Source: Pseudomonadota bacterium (GTDB lineage: Bacteria; Pseudomonadota; Alphaproteobacteria; Geminicoccales; Geminicoccaceae). From it: a stretch of 64,000 nt of DNA. The notes under the pieces are model-generated. The model was not told the DNA's origin and did not search any database. It saw only the letters and a program-made list of their open reading frames with translations. Each line of letters opens with the position of its first letter. Position 1 is the first letter of the stretch. Shown piece after piece: positions 37,457-51,314 of the stretch. Location of the stretch: the NCBI GenBank assembly GCA_039818825.1, contig JBCBTD010000012.1, forward strand, positions 8,863 through 72,862, in the 5' to 3' direction. Both the position numbers and the translations under genes were made by a program.

Positions 37457-40400
37457 TCGCCGGGGATCGTCCGGGTCAGTGGCAGCGACACGCGAAAGCA
37501 ACTGCCGCGCTCGGTCACCGAGCTGACTAGTTCGATCTTGCCGTTGGCGCGCTCCACGGCCCGTCGCACGAAGGCGAGCCCCATGCCGGTGCCGGGGCTG
37601 CTGCGGTCGAGCTTCTTGAAGGGCTCGAAGATCTGCCCCTGCATCGACGCATCGATTCCAGGGCCGTCGTCGAGGACCTCGAACTCGGCCCAGCTGCCGC
37701 TTTCCCTGCCGCGCACGGTGATGGTACCGCCGTCGCGGTCGTGGTGGGCGACCGCGTTGCCAATCAGGTTGCGGAAGACCAGCGAGATCAGCCCCGGAGC
37801 ATTGTGGATGGTCGGGAAGGGCCCGTTGCAACGAATGTCGAAGCTGTCAGGTGGCGCCAGCAGCTCGACGACGTCGCGCATGAGCGCGGCGACGTCTATG
37901 GGCTCCTCGGGCGGACGCTCTTGTGACAAACGAGCGAAGTCGATCAGTTCGCGCAGCATGACTTCCATTTGCCGCAAACGGCAGATGCCGGAATCGAAGC
38001 GTTGTGTCTGTTCTTCGGAGAGCAGGTGCCCAGCGTCTTCGCGGAGGAACGTCATGATGTGGCTGCAAGCTCGGACCGGCGCCTTGAGGTCGTGCGAGGC
38101 GATGTAGGCGAAGCGTTCGAGCTCCTCGTTGGCGTCTGCAAGTTCAACGTTGCGGCGTTCCAGCGCGGATTGCGTGCGCTTCAACTCGGCGACGTCGACG
38201 AACGACAAGCTGACCCCATCCCGCTGGCCGTCGGCAGTGTCGTACGGCAGCAATCGCACCAGGTAGTGTTCGCCCGCTTGGGTGAGAACGTCACGCTCGA
38301 TCCGCGTTTGACCGGCGGCGATCGCGGCGATGTCGGCCTGCAGGTCGGCACTCACGATCCGCGACGTGACGTGGCTGATCGGTCGTCCGACGTCGTGCGG
38401 CACCAGGTTGAACAGCTTTGCTGCCGCCGGCGTGAAACGTCGAAGGTTCAACTCCTTGTCGAGGAAGATCGCTCCGATATCGGTTGCCGTCAGCAGATTG
38501 GCAATGTCGGCGTTCAGCCGCACTAGTTCTTCGATCCGGTCTTCGTATTCACCGCTGACGGTGTGCAGTTCTTCGTTGATCGAGTAGAGTTCTTCATTTG
38601 TGCTCTGCAGTTCTTCATTCGACGACTGCAGTTCTTCATTCGAAGCTTGTAATTCTTCGTTGCTGGTTTCGAGTTCCTCGATGGTCGTTTGCAGATTCTC
38701 CTCGGTCAGGCGGAGAGTGTTTTCGAGATCCTTGATGCGAATCGTCGCTTCGTCATTGGTGATGACGTGGGCCGCCGCTTCGATGCTGTCCGTGGCGGGG
38801 CGGCGGCTGCCCTCTTCGAAGGCGATGTAGGCGTGGGTGGGTTCGCCGTGGCGGTCCGTCTGGAGGGGGCGGATTCGCACGCTGACCGTGATGGTTCGCT
38901 CGATGGTCGGGATGGTGACGGGCAGGTCCTTGGCGATCGACGGGCTCGATCGCTTGAGCGCGCGCTCCAGGCCCGTCGAGACGGCGATCCGGAGCGGCTC
39001 CACCACCCGTTCGGTCGCACGCAGGGTGACCGCCCGCCCGGTCAGCGGCTGCAGGAAGCGTGTGACCTCGCCGAAGACGTGGACGATGTCGCCGCGTCCG
39101 TCGACCAGAAGGCCCGGTGGCGCATAGGCTGCCAAGAGCGCGTCGTAGGCGGGGACCAGCTGCCGAAACGCGCCGTGCCCGTGGGAGAGCGATGGCGACC
39201 AGGGCGACGCGTCCGCGGCGGCCTCGCTGGCCGATGCCTCGGTCGATGGGGGCAGCAATTGCAGGGCGGCCTGCAGGCGGACGTCTCTGAGCTTGCGGAA
39301 GATGCGGAATCGCGCACTGACCGTAGCGAACTCGTCGCCGATCCGACCCGGCGTCTCGCTAGACCCGAGCAGCAGCAGTCCGCCTTTCCGCAGGGAGAAA
39401 TGCAGCAGCGACAAGACCTTCCGCTGCGCTGCTTCACCCAGGTAGATCAGCAGGTTGCGGCAGGAGATCAGATGCAGCCGCGAGAACGGCGGGTCCTTGA
39501 TGATGTTGTGGCGGCTGAAGACGATGAAGCGCCGGAGGCCAGCGCGCACCCGGTAGCTACCGTCCGGCAACGGATCGAAGAACTGGCTCAGATGCTCGGC
39601 ATCGATGCCGCGGAGCCGGTCCTCCGGATAGATGCCGTCGCTGGCGACGACCAACGAGCGTTCGTGGATGTCGGTCGCGAAGATCTTGAGATTGGGCGTG
39701 ACGCCACGGGCGTTTGCGCCGCTGACGAGCATCATTGCCAGCGAGTAGGCTTCTTCGCCCGTCGCGCAACCGGCGGTCCAGACACGCACTTGTTCACCAG
39801 CCGCCATCAGATCAACCAGCGATGGCAGCGCATCCTGCTCGAAGCAGCGGAAGGCACCGGCGTCACGGAAGAACCCGGTCACACCGATCAACAGGTCGTG
39901 GTAGAGCGCTTCCAACTCCTCCGGCCGCCCGGTCGCGTCGCGGGCGTAGGCCTCCAGCGACGGCGACTTGGTCAGGCCGACCCGACGTTCGATGCGCCGG
40001 GTCACCGTGGATTGCTTGTAGTAGCCGAAGTCCGGGCCGAATCGTTGCCGGAGCGCTCGGAGGATGCGGGGGATCGGCTCGGTGGAGGCTGCTTCGTCGT
40101 GGCTCTGAGGTTCGTCGGTGGTTTTGCCGGTGACGTGGGTTTTGATCAGCGCCGCGAGTTCGCTCGGCGCAGCGATGAGCGTTTGACCCGCTTGGTCGAT
40201 GACGGCCTGCGGCATCGAGCTGAAATGCGCCGTGCTCGGCGTTTGCGCCACGACGATGCCGCCGGCTTTGCGGACGGCCTCGCATCCTCTGGCGCCGTCG
40301 CTGCCCGAGCCCGAGAGGATCACCGCGATGGCCCGGTCGCCACAGGCCTCGGCCAACGAATAGAGGAACGTGTCGATCGGGTGGTGGAAACTCTGGCCCT

Positions 40401-40767
40401 CGTCGCGGTCGCGCAGCGTGAGCGCGCCGTCGGCGATGATCATCTCCTTGCGCGGCGGGATCAGGTAGACCGTGTTGCGCCGGATCGTCGTTGGCCCCGA
40501 GACGCGGACGATGGTCATGGCCGTATGCCGCGCGAGCAGCTGGTCCATCAGGCTCTTGAAGTCGGGCGACAGATGCTGGATCAGCACGTATGCGCAGCCC
40601 GACTGCGGCGGGATCTGCTCGAACAGCAAGCCGATCGGCTCCAGCCCGCCCGCGGACGCACCGATGGCGACGACGTGAGAGGGCCGGGCCTCGCTCTCGA
40701 ACTCGAGCTCGCCGTCACTCCGGACGTCGTCGTCGACTTGGGTCTCAGCTTGAGTCTCGGTCGTCAT
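37447..40767 (-). CDS. Chemotaxis CheB methylesterase / CheR methyltransferase / PAS / histidine kinase fusion protein.
   Basis: The N-terminus is CheB-like ([13 protein letters not shown]). The CheR region carries the SAM-binding site ([14 protein letters not shown]). A heptad coiled coil (NEELQxSNEELQ...) and a PAS domain follow. The HisKA H-box (IASHDLKAP) and HATPase_c boxes ([15 protein letters not shown]) complete the protein. Confidence 0.85.
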   Translation of the reverse strand: MTTETQAETQVDDDVRSDGELEFESEARPSHVVAIGASAGGLEPIGLLFEQIPPQSGCAYVLIQHLSPDFKSLMDQLLARHTAMTIVRVSGPTTIRRNTVYLIPPRKEMIIADGALTLRDRDEGQSFHHPIDTFLYSLAEACGDRAIAVILSGSGSDGARGCEAVRKAGGIVVAQTPSTAHFSSMPQAVIDQAGQTLIAAPSELAALIKTHVTGKTTDEPQSHDEAASTEPIPRILRALRQRFGPDFGYYKQSTVTRRIERRVGLTKSPSLEAYARDATGRPEELEALYHDLLIGVTGFFRDAGAFRCFEQDALPSLVDLMAAGEQVRVWTAGCATGEEAYSLAMMLVSGANARGVTPNLKIFATDIHERSLVVASDGIYPEDRLRGIDAEHLSQFFDPLPDGSYRVRAGLRRFIVFSRHNIIKDPPFSRLHLISCRNLLIYLGEAAQRKVLSLLHFSLRKGGLLLLGSSETPGRIGDEFATVSARFRIFRKLRDVRLQAALQLLPPSTEASASEAAADASPWSPSLSHGHGAFRQLVPAYDALLAAYAPPGLLVDGRGDIVHVFGEVTRFLQPLTGRAVTLRATERVVEPLRIAVSTGLERALKRSSPSIAKDLPVTIPTIERTITVSVRIRPLQTDRHGEPTHAYIAFEEGSRRPATDSIEAAAHVITNDEATIRIKDLENTLRLTEENLQTTIEELETSNEELQASNEELQSSNEELQSTNEELYSINEELHTVSGEYEDRIEELVRLNADIANLLTATDIGAIFLDKELNLRRFTPAAAKLFNLVPHDVGRPISHVTSRIVSADLQADIAAIAAGQTRIERDVLTQAGEHYLVRLLPYDTADGQRDGVSLSFVDVAELKRTQSALERRNVELADANEELERFAYIASHDLKAPVRACSHIMTFLREDAGHLLSEEQTQRFDSGICRLRQMEVMLRELIDFARLSQERPPEEPIDVAALMRDVVELLAPPDSFDIRCNGPFPTIHNAPGLISLVFRNLIGNAVAHHDRDGGTITVRGRESGSWAEFEVLDDGPGIDASMQGQIFEPFKKLDRSSPGTGMGLAFVRRAVERANGKIELVSSVTERGSCFRVSLPLTRTIPGDQR
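38563..38704. repeat. About six tandem copies of a 21-bp unit inside the CheB/CheR kinase gene, encoding ELQxSNE heptads.
   Basis: (c/g)AGTTCTTC recurs with an exact 21-bp period at 38566, 38587, 38608 and 38629, with degenerate copies at 38650, 38671 and 38692. Confidence 0.7.
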
Positions 40768-40866
40768 CGCTTTGGCCTCGGGGCGGAGAGTCGGGCGACG
40801 ACGCGCGCGCCCGGACGGCGTAGGTCAGCCAAACCCAACCTGGACGCAAGGGGAGAATAATCCTAG

Positions 40867-42417
40867 TTACTTCTTTCGCGACGGTTTGTCGCGAGCTCCG
40901 GCGTCGTTCGCAGTTGCCCTTCTGATCGCCGCGTCGATGGTCGCTCGATCGGGTTCGACGAAACGAGCCGCCACGTGCTGATCCGGACGTACCAGGTAGG
41001 TGACGCCTCTGCCGTAGCGGGTGCGAACGAGACCCTGGTCATCATCGAGGGCAACCGTTTCGCCACCGGTGGCATCGTCGATCCTGATCGGGGCCAGCTC
41101 GTCGTCTGCACTTGGGATGCGCAGCAGCTTGAAGTGGTGGCCAAGATGCGGCAGCAACCAGGCGTTGTCGCCGTCACCGACCGGCGCGTCGACGCACGGG
41201 TCGCCGGGCATCAGCCCCCCCTCCACCACATCGACCGCGGGCGTTTGCAGCGAGAGCCCACGGAGCGCGCAGGGGGTCGAGAGGCGGCCGCCATTCACGA
41301 GCGGCTGTGCGAAACGGGCGATCGCCGCCAAGTCGAGCACCGCATCACGGTAGCGCCGTTCGTGGGTGGTCTTGGGCGTCATGAAGTGGGTCGAAGCCGT
41401 TGCTTGGCGGAGATTTTCGTCAGCGGCCCGGCTGCGCTCTTCGTCGTAGCTCGTGAGCAGCGCGCCGGGCGCTTCGTTCGCCAGCACGAGCGCGAGCTTC
41501 CATACGAGGTTGTCGACGTCCTGGATGCCGCCGTTGCCGCCGCGGGCGCCGAAGGGCGAGACCACGTGGGCGCTGTCGCCCGCGAAGACGATCCGTCCGT
41601 GAACGAAGCGCTGCAGCCGGCGGCATTGGAAACTGTAGATCGAGATCCACTCCAAGGAGAACGGGCGGTCGCCGACGACGGCGCGAATTCGGGGCCGCAC
41701 CGCTTCGGGCTGACGCTCGGTCTCGGGGTCGGCGTCGGCGCCGAGCTGCAGATCGATGCGGTAGACGTCTTCGGGTTGCTTGTGCAGCAACGCGGACTGG
41801 CCGGCGTGAAAGGTCGGTTCGAACCAGAACCGCCGCTCCGCCGGCATTGGGTCGTGTAGCCGAACGTCGGCGATCAGGAACCGTTCCTCGAAGCCGGTGC
41901 CCTCCAGTTCCAGCCCCAGCAAAGTGCGCAGGCTCGATCGTGCGCCGTCGCAGGCGAGCACGAACGAGGCGTCGAGTTCGTAAGCGCCGTCGGGCGTGTC
42001 GACCGAGAGCGTCACGGTGTCGGCGTTCTGGCCGACGCCGACGACCCGGTTCTTGCAACGGAACTCGATCAGCTCCGGGAAGTCGGCGCAGCGGTCGAGC
42101 ATGAAGGCTTCGACGTAGTACTGCTGAAGGTTGACGAACGCGGGCATCGCATGCCCCGGCTCGGGCTGCAGGTCGACGCTGAACAGCTCGCGGTCGCGGT
42201 GGTAGGTCCGGCCGATGCGCCAGGTCACGCCCTTGTTGCGCATCCGCTCGCCGACACCTAGTCGGTCCAGGATTTCCAGGCTGCGTTTCGCCCAACAGAT
42301 CGCGCGGCTGCCCTGGGCGACGTCGTCGTCGTCGTCGAGCACGACGGAGCGCACGCCGTGGGTCGCGAGATCGATCGCTGCCGCCAAGCCGATGGGACCA
42401 GCGCCGACGACCGCCAC
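40867..42417 (-). CDS. FAD-dependent aromatic-ring monooxygenase (MhpA / PheA-TfdB-like flavoprotein hydroxylase).
   Basis: AVVGAGPIGLAAAIDL is the FAD dinucleotide-binding motif. DGARSSLR and GDSAHVVSPFGARGGNGGIQD are class A flavin monooxygenase motifs. The start is placed at the GTG at 42417, 8 nt after an AGGAGGG RBS. The track's longer N-terminal extension is rejected. Confidence 0.75.
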   Translation of the reverse strand: MAVVGAGPIGLAAAIDLATHGVRSVVLDDDDDVAQGSRAICWAKRSLEILDRLGVGERMRNKGVTWRIGRTYHRDRELFSVDLQPEPGHAMPAFVNLQQYYVEAFMLDRCADFPELIEFRCKNRVVGVGQNADTVTLSVDTPDGAYELDASFVLACDGARSSLRTLLGLELEGTGFEERFLIADVRLHDPMPAERRFWFEPTFHAGQSALLHKQPEDVYRIDLQLGADADPETERQPEAVRPRIRAVVGDRPFSLEWISIYSFQCRRLQRFVHGRIVFAGDSAHVVSPFGARGGNGGIQDVDNLVWKLALVLANEAPGALLTSYDEERSRAADENLRQATASTHFMTPKTTHERRYRDAVLDLAAIARFAQPLVNGGRLSTPCALRGLSLQTPAVDVVEGGLMPGDPCVDAPVGDGDNAWLLPHLGHHFKLLRIPSADDELAPIRIDDATGGETVALDDDQGLVRTRYGRGVTYLVRPDQHVAARFVEPDRATIDAAIRRATANDAGARDKPSRKK

Positions 42418-42512
42418 CGGCCAAAGCCCTCCTGCCGTACCTCGTGTCTCCGGTGGTCGGCGATAGGTGAGCCGATGGGTGACGTGACCGGCCAACGTTC
42501 GGTTCCCGATTC

Positions 42513-43463
42513 TCAGTCCTGAAGCGCCGCCCACATCTCGCGGTCGCGCTCGGCCGTCCAGATCCGCGGCGTGTCGATGCCGAGGGCTTCGTCGTAGGCG
42601 CGCGTCACGTTGAACGGTAGGCAATGCTCGTAGATCGCGTAGTCGCCGAACAACGGGTCGCAGGTTTCTCGACAGGCTGCGAACGCCTCCTTCAAGGATC
42701 CGGATCGGGCGGCCACCTGCTCGACCGAGCGAAAGGTCTCCGTGACGAAGCGGCGGGTCGACGTGATCGCGTCGTCGACCGCTGCTTGGCTCTTCAACGC
42801 ATCGCCACGCCCCGGCATCAAGGCGTCAGCGCGGAATTGGGCGATCGCATCGAGCGTCCTCGGCCAGTCACGAAAGTGGCCGTCGCCGCAGTAGCAAGCC
42901 GAGTGGAACTCGACGATGTCGCCGGAGAACAGCACGCCGGCGTCGGGCACCCAGGCAACGATGTCGCCGGCGGTGTGGGCGCGGCCCAGATGCACGAGAT
43001 CCACCCGGCGGCGGCCGAGATGGATGCTGGCTGCCCGATCGAAGGTGAGTGTCGGCCAGGTCAGGCCGGGGATGCTCTCCGCGGCCCGGAAGAGCCGCGG
43101 AAACCGGCCGAGTTCGCTTTGCCAATCAGCCTCGCCGCGCTCGTGGATCATCGTGCGACACGCCATCGAAGCAACGACCTCGCGCGCGCCGTAGGCTGAC
43201 GCACCGAGCACCCGAACCGCGTGGTAGTGCGACAGCACGACGTGGGTGATCGGCTTGTCGGTCACGCCGCGGATCCGCTCGATCACCGCTTCCGCCATGA
43301 CCGGTGTCGCCTGGGTATCGATCACCATGACCCCGTCGTCACCGACGATCACCCCGGTGTTCGGATCGCCCTCGGTGGTGAACGCGTAGAGGCCGGGGCC
43401 GATCTCGTCGAAGCTGACGGTCTTGTCGGCGAGGTCGCCGGTCGAGGCGAAGGCTTTGCTCAA
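42513..43463 (-). CDS. MBL-fold metallo-hydrolase.
   Basis: The HxHxDH-type metal-binding motif (SHYHAVRV), with downstream His and Asp residues. The TTG start at 43463 forms a TTGA overlap with the upstream stop. Confidence 0.75.
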   Translation of the reverse strand: MSKAFASTGDLADKTVSFDEIGPGLYAFTTEGDPNTGVIVGDDGVMVIDTQATPVMAEAVIERIRGVTDKPITHVVLSHYHAVRVLGASAYGAREVVASMACRTMIHERGEADWQSELGRFPRLFRAAESIPGLTWPTLTFDRAASIHLGRRRVDLVHLGRAHTAGDIVAWVPDAGVLFSGDIVEFHSACYCGDGHFRDWPRTLDAIAQFRADALMPGRGDALKSQAAVDDAITSTRRFVTETFRSVEQVAARSGSLKEAFAACRETCDPLFGDYAIYEHCLPFNVTRAYDEALGIDTPRIWTAERDREMWAALQD

Positions 43464-44466
43464 GGGATCGGCTCCACACGCTGGTCGATACGGCCGAAGA
43501 CCGTGCGTCCTCGGGCGTCGAAGGCTTCGAGGTGCACCCGGTCGCCGAAACCGAGATACGCCGTCCGCGGTTCGCCATAGCGGATGGTCTCGGCCATCCG
43601 CTGCTCGGCGATGCAAGCGTAGCCGCGGCCGCCTTCGGCGAGCGGGCGGCCCGGGTCGTCCCCATCGGCGTTCGAGACCGTTCCCGAGCCGATCAGCGTG
43701 CCGGCCCCAAGCGGGCGGGTCCGCGCAGCGTGCGCGATCAACGTCGGGAAATCGAACGTCATGTCCGGCCCGGTGGCGAGCCGACCGAGCGGCGTGTCGT
43801 CGATGCCGGCAAGTAGGGTCAAGTGGGCGCGACGGCCGTCCCAGGCGGCGCCGATCTCGTCGGGTGTCACCGCCACCGGTGCCAGGGCGGAAGCCGGTTT
43901 CGACTGCACGAAGCCGAACCCCTTGGTGAGTTCACCCGGAATCAGCTCGCGCAAGCTGACGTCGTTGACGAGAACGAGCAGGCGGATCGCATCGGCCGCC
44001 GTTGCCGCGTCGGCGTCGAGCGGCACGTCGTCGGTGATCACGCCAAGCTCGCCCTCGAGATCGATCCCGAACGACTCGTCCGCCACCCGAATCGGCGCCA
44101 TCGGCGCCAGGAAGTGGTCGGACGCGCCCTGATACATCAAGGGGTCGGTCGTCAGGCTCGGCGGCAACGCGGCGCCCCGGGCACGCCTCACGAGCGAGAC
44201 GTGGTTCAGATAGGCGGAGCCGTCGAGCCATTGGTGCCCGCGGGGTAGCGGGGCGAGGCACTGGGCCGGATCGAAGGGGAACGCTGCGAGATCGGCAACT
44301 CGTTCCAGGCGCGAAGCCTCCGCCTGCAGCCAGGGCTGGACCTCCGACCAGTGATCGAGCGCTTGCTGCAGTGTGTGCGCGGCGTCGGCCTCGATCGATC
44401 TGGCAAGGTCGGCGGACACCAGCAACAGCCGGCCGTCGCGCGTGCCGTCATCGCGCGATGCCAGCC

Positions 44467-44470
<4 letters not shown>
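43460..44470 (-). CDS. Fumarylacetoacetate hydrolase (FAH) family protein.
   Basis: The FAH-fold C-terminal domain (..[11 protein letters not shown].., DRVHLEAFD) is present. The ATG at 44470 overlaps the hmgA stop (ATGA). The track's longer N-terminal extension is rejected. Confidence 0.8.
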
Positions 44471-47554
<3,084 letters not shown>

Positions 47555-47628
47555 GCCGGAACGCGCGGCCGCCGTTTCGCGTCGGCGGCCTCGGTGAGAT
47601 CGCGATCCGATGCACCGATCTGGAGCGG

Positions 47629-47976
47629 ATGGGCGCGTTCTACGGTGATGTCCTCGGCCTGGAGCGGTTGCAGGGCAACCACCGGGCGGGCATCGTCTTC
47701 TTTCGCATCGCCCCGGGGGTAGCGGGTCACACCGCAGTCCTGGCGCTGTTCCACGAGCCCGTTGCCGCCGGCCCGCCGCGGTCGAGGCTGCATCACCTTG
47801 CCCTCGGGATGACGCGGTCCGATCAGGAGGCGGCGATCGCGTGGTTCGCAGCCGAAGGCGTCGCCTATCGGCTCCAGTCGTTCGATTGGATCGGGTGGCG
47901 TGGCGTGTTCGTCGACGACCCCGAGGGCAACACGGTCGAGCTGGTGGCCTATGACGACACTTGGCGGTCCGGGTAA
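47629..47976 (+). CDS. VOC (glyoxalase/bleomycin-resistance/dioxygenase) family protein. The start is probably upstream at a non-ATG codon.
   Basis: HLALGM...GVFVDDPEGNTVEL is typical of VOC proteins. An in-frame upstream extension (..GEIAIRCTDLERMGAFY) looks like the first beta-strand, so the true N-terminus may begin before 47629. Confidence 0.6.
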   Translation: MGAFYGDVLGLERLQGNHRAGIVFFRIAPGVAGHTAVLALFHEPVAAGPPRSRLHHLALGMTRSDQEAAIAWFAAEGVAYRLQSFDWIGWRGVFVDDPEGNTVELVAYDDTWRSG

Positions 47977-48908
47977 CCTAGGGGGCGAACGGCTCCCTTG
48001 GTCTCGACGATCAGGCCGTAGGTCTCCGGTTCCCGGTGGGCGCCGAAGTCGAAGATGTTGGTCTTGATCTCGGCGCAGCGCGCGGTGTCGATCTCGGCCA
48101 CGCAGACCTCGTCGCCGAGCGTCGTGCATTGGGCCATCACCTCGCCGGTCGGGGCGATGATGCAGCTACCGCCGATCAGCATGCAGCCCTCTTCCAGTCC
48201 GGCCTTCGCCGTCGCGGCGACGAACGTCCCGTTCTGGTAAGCGCCCGCCTGCAGAGACAGTAGATTGTGGAAGGGGTTGAGGTGATCTTGCTGCGGCGCC
48301 GGCGGGTAGTGCAGCGGCGTGTTGTACCCGACCATGACCAACTCCACGCTCTGCAGCCCAAGCACGCGGAAGGCTTCCGGCCAGCGCCGGTCGTTGCAGA
48401 TGAGTACGCCGAGATTGAGGCCCATTGCCGGACTCACCCCGAAGCCCAGATCGCCGCGCTCGAAGTAGCGTTTCTCCAGATGTTGAAACGGCCGCCAGGG
48501 CTCGGGTTCGCGGTGCCCAGGCAAGTGAATCTTGCGGTACTTGTGGACGATACGCCCGTCCGGATCGACGACGATGGCCGTGTTGAAACGCCGGGTCCGT
48601 CCGTCCTCGACGACTGTTTCCGCGTAGCCCAGGTGGAAGCCGACGCCGAGCCGCTGGGCTTCGTCGAACAGAGGCGACACCGCGGCATTGGGCATCGCCG
48701 TCTCGTAAAAGGTGTCGAGCGCGTCGTCCTCCAGGTGCCACCGGGGGAAGAAGGTCGTCAGCGCCAGTTCGGGGAAGACGATCAGCCCGGCACCCTGGTT
48801 CGTTGCCTGGCGCATGAGTGCCACCATCCGCGCCACGACCGCGGGACGGGGCTCCGCCCGGGCGATCGGCCCGAGTTGGCCGCAAGCGACGACGAGACGC
48901 CGGTTCAT
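47949..48908 (-). CDS. N-carbamoyl-D-amino-acid hydrolase-like carbon-nitrogen hydrolase (nitrilase superfamily).
   Basis: The protein is close to the Agrobacterium D-carbamoylase pattern throughout: GPIAR, VFPELALTTFFPRW, RRFNTAIVVD, KYRKIHLPGH, YFERGDLGF and the catalytic Cys in VLICNDRRWPE. Confidence 0.85.
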   Translation of the reverse strand: MNRRLVVACGQLGPIARAEPRPAVVARMVALMRQATNQGAGLIVFPELALTTFFPRWHLEDDALDTFYETAMPNAAVSPLFDEAQRLGVGFHLGYAETVVEDGRTRRFNTAIVVDPDGRIVHKYRKIHLPGHREPEPWRPFQHLEKRYFERGDLGFGVSPAMGLNLGVLICNDRRWPEAFRVLGLQSVELVMVGYNTPLHYPPAPQQDHLNPFHNLLSLQAGAYQNGTFVAATAKAGLEEGCMLIGGSCIIAPTGEVMAQCTTLGDEVCVAEIDTARCAEIKTNIFDFGAHREPETYGLIVETKGAVRPLGYPDRQVSS

Positions 48909-50086
48909 CGACAGCCCTCCAAGACAACGGACGCCGGACGGCCGACGAGTTGTGTATACACGTCCGGGTCCGTGTCGCCCTCCGTACCGAATACGAGCAC
49001 GCGGCTCGCCGGCGTCAAGCCCAGCGAGCGGGCAAGCGCCGGGCGCTCCAAGGCTGCCAGTACCCCGGCAAGCCCACAGGTCGCGCTTTCGCCGGCGACG
49101 ATGGGTGGGTCGCCAGCGAGCGGGTCAGCCAAATCACGCATCACCGCTACCGCGGCCTCGTCGTCGATGATCAGCGCGTCGTGGCAGCCGCGCCGCAGCA
49201 GCTCCCAAGCCAACAGCGAAACCTCGCCGCAGGCCAGCCCGGCCATGACCGTGTCCAGGCTGCCGTCGATCGTAGTCGGCTTTCCGGCGCGGAGGCTCGC
49301 CGCGATGCACGCGGCGCGGTCGGGTTCTACCACCACGAACCGAGGACGCGCCTCGCCGTAGCGGAGCCACGACGTCGCCAGTACCGCGGCCGCGGCACCG
49401 CCGACACCACCTTGGACCACGATGTGGGTCGATGGGACGGCCACGCTGTCCAGCGCTTCGTCTGCCATGACCATGTAGCCGGCCATGACGTCACGCGGGA
49501 CCTCGGTATAGCCAGGGTAGGAGGTGTCGGAGACGACATGCCAGCCGCGGGCGTCGGCATCGGCGGCGGCGCGGCGCACGCTGTCGTCGTAGGTGCCGTC
49601 GGTTCTCCGGACCTCGGCGCCGAAGGCCTCGATGGCCGCCTTCCGCCCTTCACTGACGGTCTCGTGGACATAGATGACGCACCGGCAGCCGGCGCGCTTG
49701 GCGCCCCAGGCCACGGACCGGCCATGGTTGCCGTCGGTGGCGCACGTCACGGTCACCTCTCGTGGGTCGACCGCCAGCCGCGCCAGCAGGCGGTCGACCG
49801 CGTAGGCGCCGCCGAGGGCTTTGAAACTCTTCAGCGAGAAGCGCACGCTCTCGTCCTTGTAGTCGATCCGGGCCACGCCAGAACGTGCTGCAAGGCCCGC
49901 GAGGCTGCGTGTCGGTGTCGGCGCATGGTCCTGCCATTCCCGAATGGCGGCTCGCGCGGTTCGGAGGTCGTCGGCGCTGAGCACGAGATCCAGCGAGCGG
50001 GACCATGGTCCGCGCTCGACGTCGGTGTTGGTGACATGGGTCGGTGTCGAGAACCGCGGCGCGACCGGGGCCGCATTTACACCCAT
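48905..50086 (-). CDS. dpaL: Diaminopropionate ammonia-lyase (PLP-dependent, fold type II).
   Basis: Conserved DpaL residues (SFKALGGAY PLP-lysine region; CATDGNHGRSVAWGA; VVQGGVGG). The gene is coupled by ATGA to the upstream carbamoylase. Confidence 0.8.
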   Translation of the reverse strand: MGVNAAPVAPRFSTPTHVTNTDVERGPWSRSLDLVLSADDLRTARAAIREWQDHAPTPTRSLAGLAARSGVARIDYKDESVRFSLKSFKALGGAYAVDRLLARLAVDPREVTVTCATDGNHGRSVAWGAKRAGCRCVIYVHETVSEGRKAAIEAFGAEVRRTDGTYDDSVRRAAADADARGWHVVSDTSYPGYTEVPRDVMAGYMVMADEALDSVAVPSTHIVVQGGVGGAAAAVLATSWLRYGEARPRFVVVEPDRAACIAASLRAGKPTTIDGSLDTVMAGLACGEVSLLAWELLRRGCHDALIIDDEAAVAVMRDLADPLAGDPPIVAGESATCGLAGVLAALERPALARSLGLTPASRVLVFGTEGDTDPDVYTQLVGRPASVVLEGCR

Positions 50087-50089
50087 TTG

Positions 50090-51310
50090 TCAGAGCCCGG
50101 CGTACATGCGGCCTGGGTTGACGATGCCTTGGGGGTCGACGGCGGCTTTGACGCTCCGGGTAAGCGCTGCCAGCCGCGGAGCTTCCGGGTGGAAAACGTC
50201 GACGGCCGCGCGAATTGCCAGCGGCGCGCGCACCAGCGTTGCGTGCCCGCCCACGGCGTCGACGGCGGCTCGGATTGCTCCGGCACCAGCATCGTCCGTG
50301 GCCGCGACGGCCAGCCAGAGGAGACCGCCGCTCCAGTCGGCAAAGCCGCGGCCATCCATGTCTGTCGCCAGCGAGACCAGGAGCCGCGGGCCGTTGGAGG
50401 CTGCGGTGGAAATCCGCCAGACGGCGCGATCCAGAGGGTGGGTCAGCAACCGGACGTCGCGGATCTCGCCCCAGAGCGTGCCACTGGCCTGGTCCTCGAG
50501 AACGTCGGTAGCACCGGCGGCGGCAACGTGCTGGCGCAGTTTGCGCAGCCTTTCCGGCAGGAACGACGCGAACGTGTCGAGGCGCAACGCGACGACACCG
50601 TCGTCACGTCCTGCAAGCTCGGCGACGACGCTCCGTGCTGCGACATCGGGCGGCAGATAGGCGGCCGCGCTCACGTCCAGCGGGCTCGCCATGGCGCGCG
50701 CCATCACCCGACTAGCTGCCGCGGCATCCAGCCCACCAACCAGCAGCGTCGACTGGGTCTCGCTCCGCGGCAGCACCTTGAACGTCACCTCCGTCAACGC
50801 GCCGAGCGTGCCGTGTGCGCCTGCCTGAAGCTTGACCAGATCGAGCCCGGTGACGTTCTTCATGACCCGGCCGCCTGAACGTTGGATTCGACCTTGGCCA
50901 TCGACGAAGCGGACGCCGATCAGGCTGTCGCGGAGCGCACCCCGGCTGATCCGCGCCGGTCCGGACAGGTTGGCCGCGACCAGGCCGCCGATCGTCGGCT
51001 CCGCGTCGTCGTTGCCGAGAAGATGGCGCAGGTCTGGCGGCTCGAAGGGTAGCGCCTGTCCCTCGGCATCGAGGGCGTCGACGACCTCGCCGACCGGTGT
51101 GCCCGCGAGGGCGCGAATGACCAGTTCGCTCGGCCGATACAAAGGAATCCCGCGGAGCTGCCGTAGGCGCAGCGTCCGTCCGGCCTGCACCGGCCGCCCG
51201 AAACCTTCCAAGCTGCCGCCGCCCACGAGCTCCAGGCTCACGGCGTCGGTGGCGGCAGCCTTGACGGCTTCGGCGACACCGGCTTCGTCGGCAGGCGTGA
51301 GGTCGTTCAC
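50090..51310 (-). CDS. glcE: FAD-binding oxidase subunit, GlcE-like.
   Basis: A PCMH-type FAD-binding domain (LVGGGS...; KNVTGLDL). The start codon is GTG, with a 4-nt gap after glcD. Confidence 0.75.
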   Translation of the reverse strand: MNDLTPADEAGVAEAVKAAATDAVSLELVGGGSLEGFGRPVQAGRTLRLRQLRGIPLYRPSELVIRALAGTPVGEVVDALDAEGQALPFEPPDLRHLLGNDDAEPTIGGLVAANLSGPARISRGALRDSLIGVRFVDGQGRIQRSGGRVMKNVTGLDLVKLQAGAHGTLGALTEVTFKVLPRSETQSTLLVGGLDAAAASRVMARAMASPLDVSAAAYLPPDVAARSVVAELAGRDDGVVALRLDTFASFLPERLRKLRQHVAAAGATDVLEDQASGTLWGEIRDVRLLTHPLDRAVWRISTAASNGPRLLVSLATDMDGRGFADWSGGLLWLAVAATDDAGAGAIRAAVDAVGGHATLVRAPLAIRAAVDVFHPEAPRLAALTRSVKAAVDPQGIVNPGRMYAGL

Positions 51311-51314
51311 GGCG

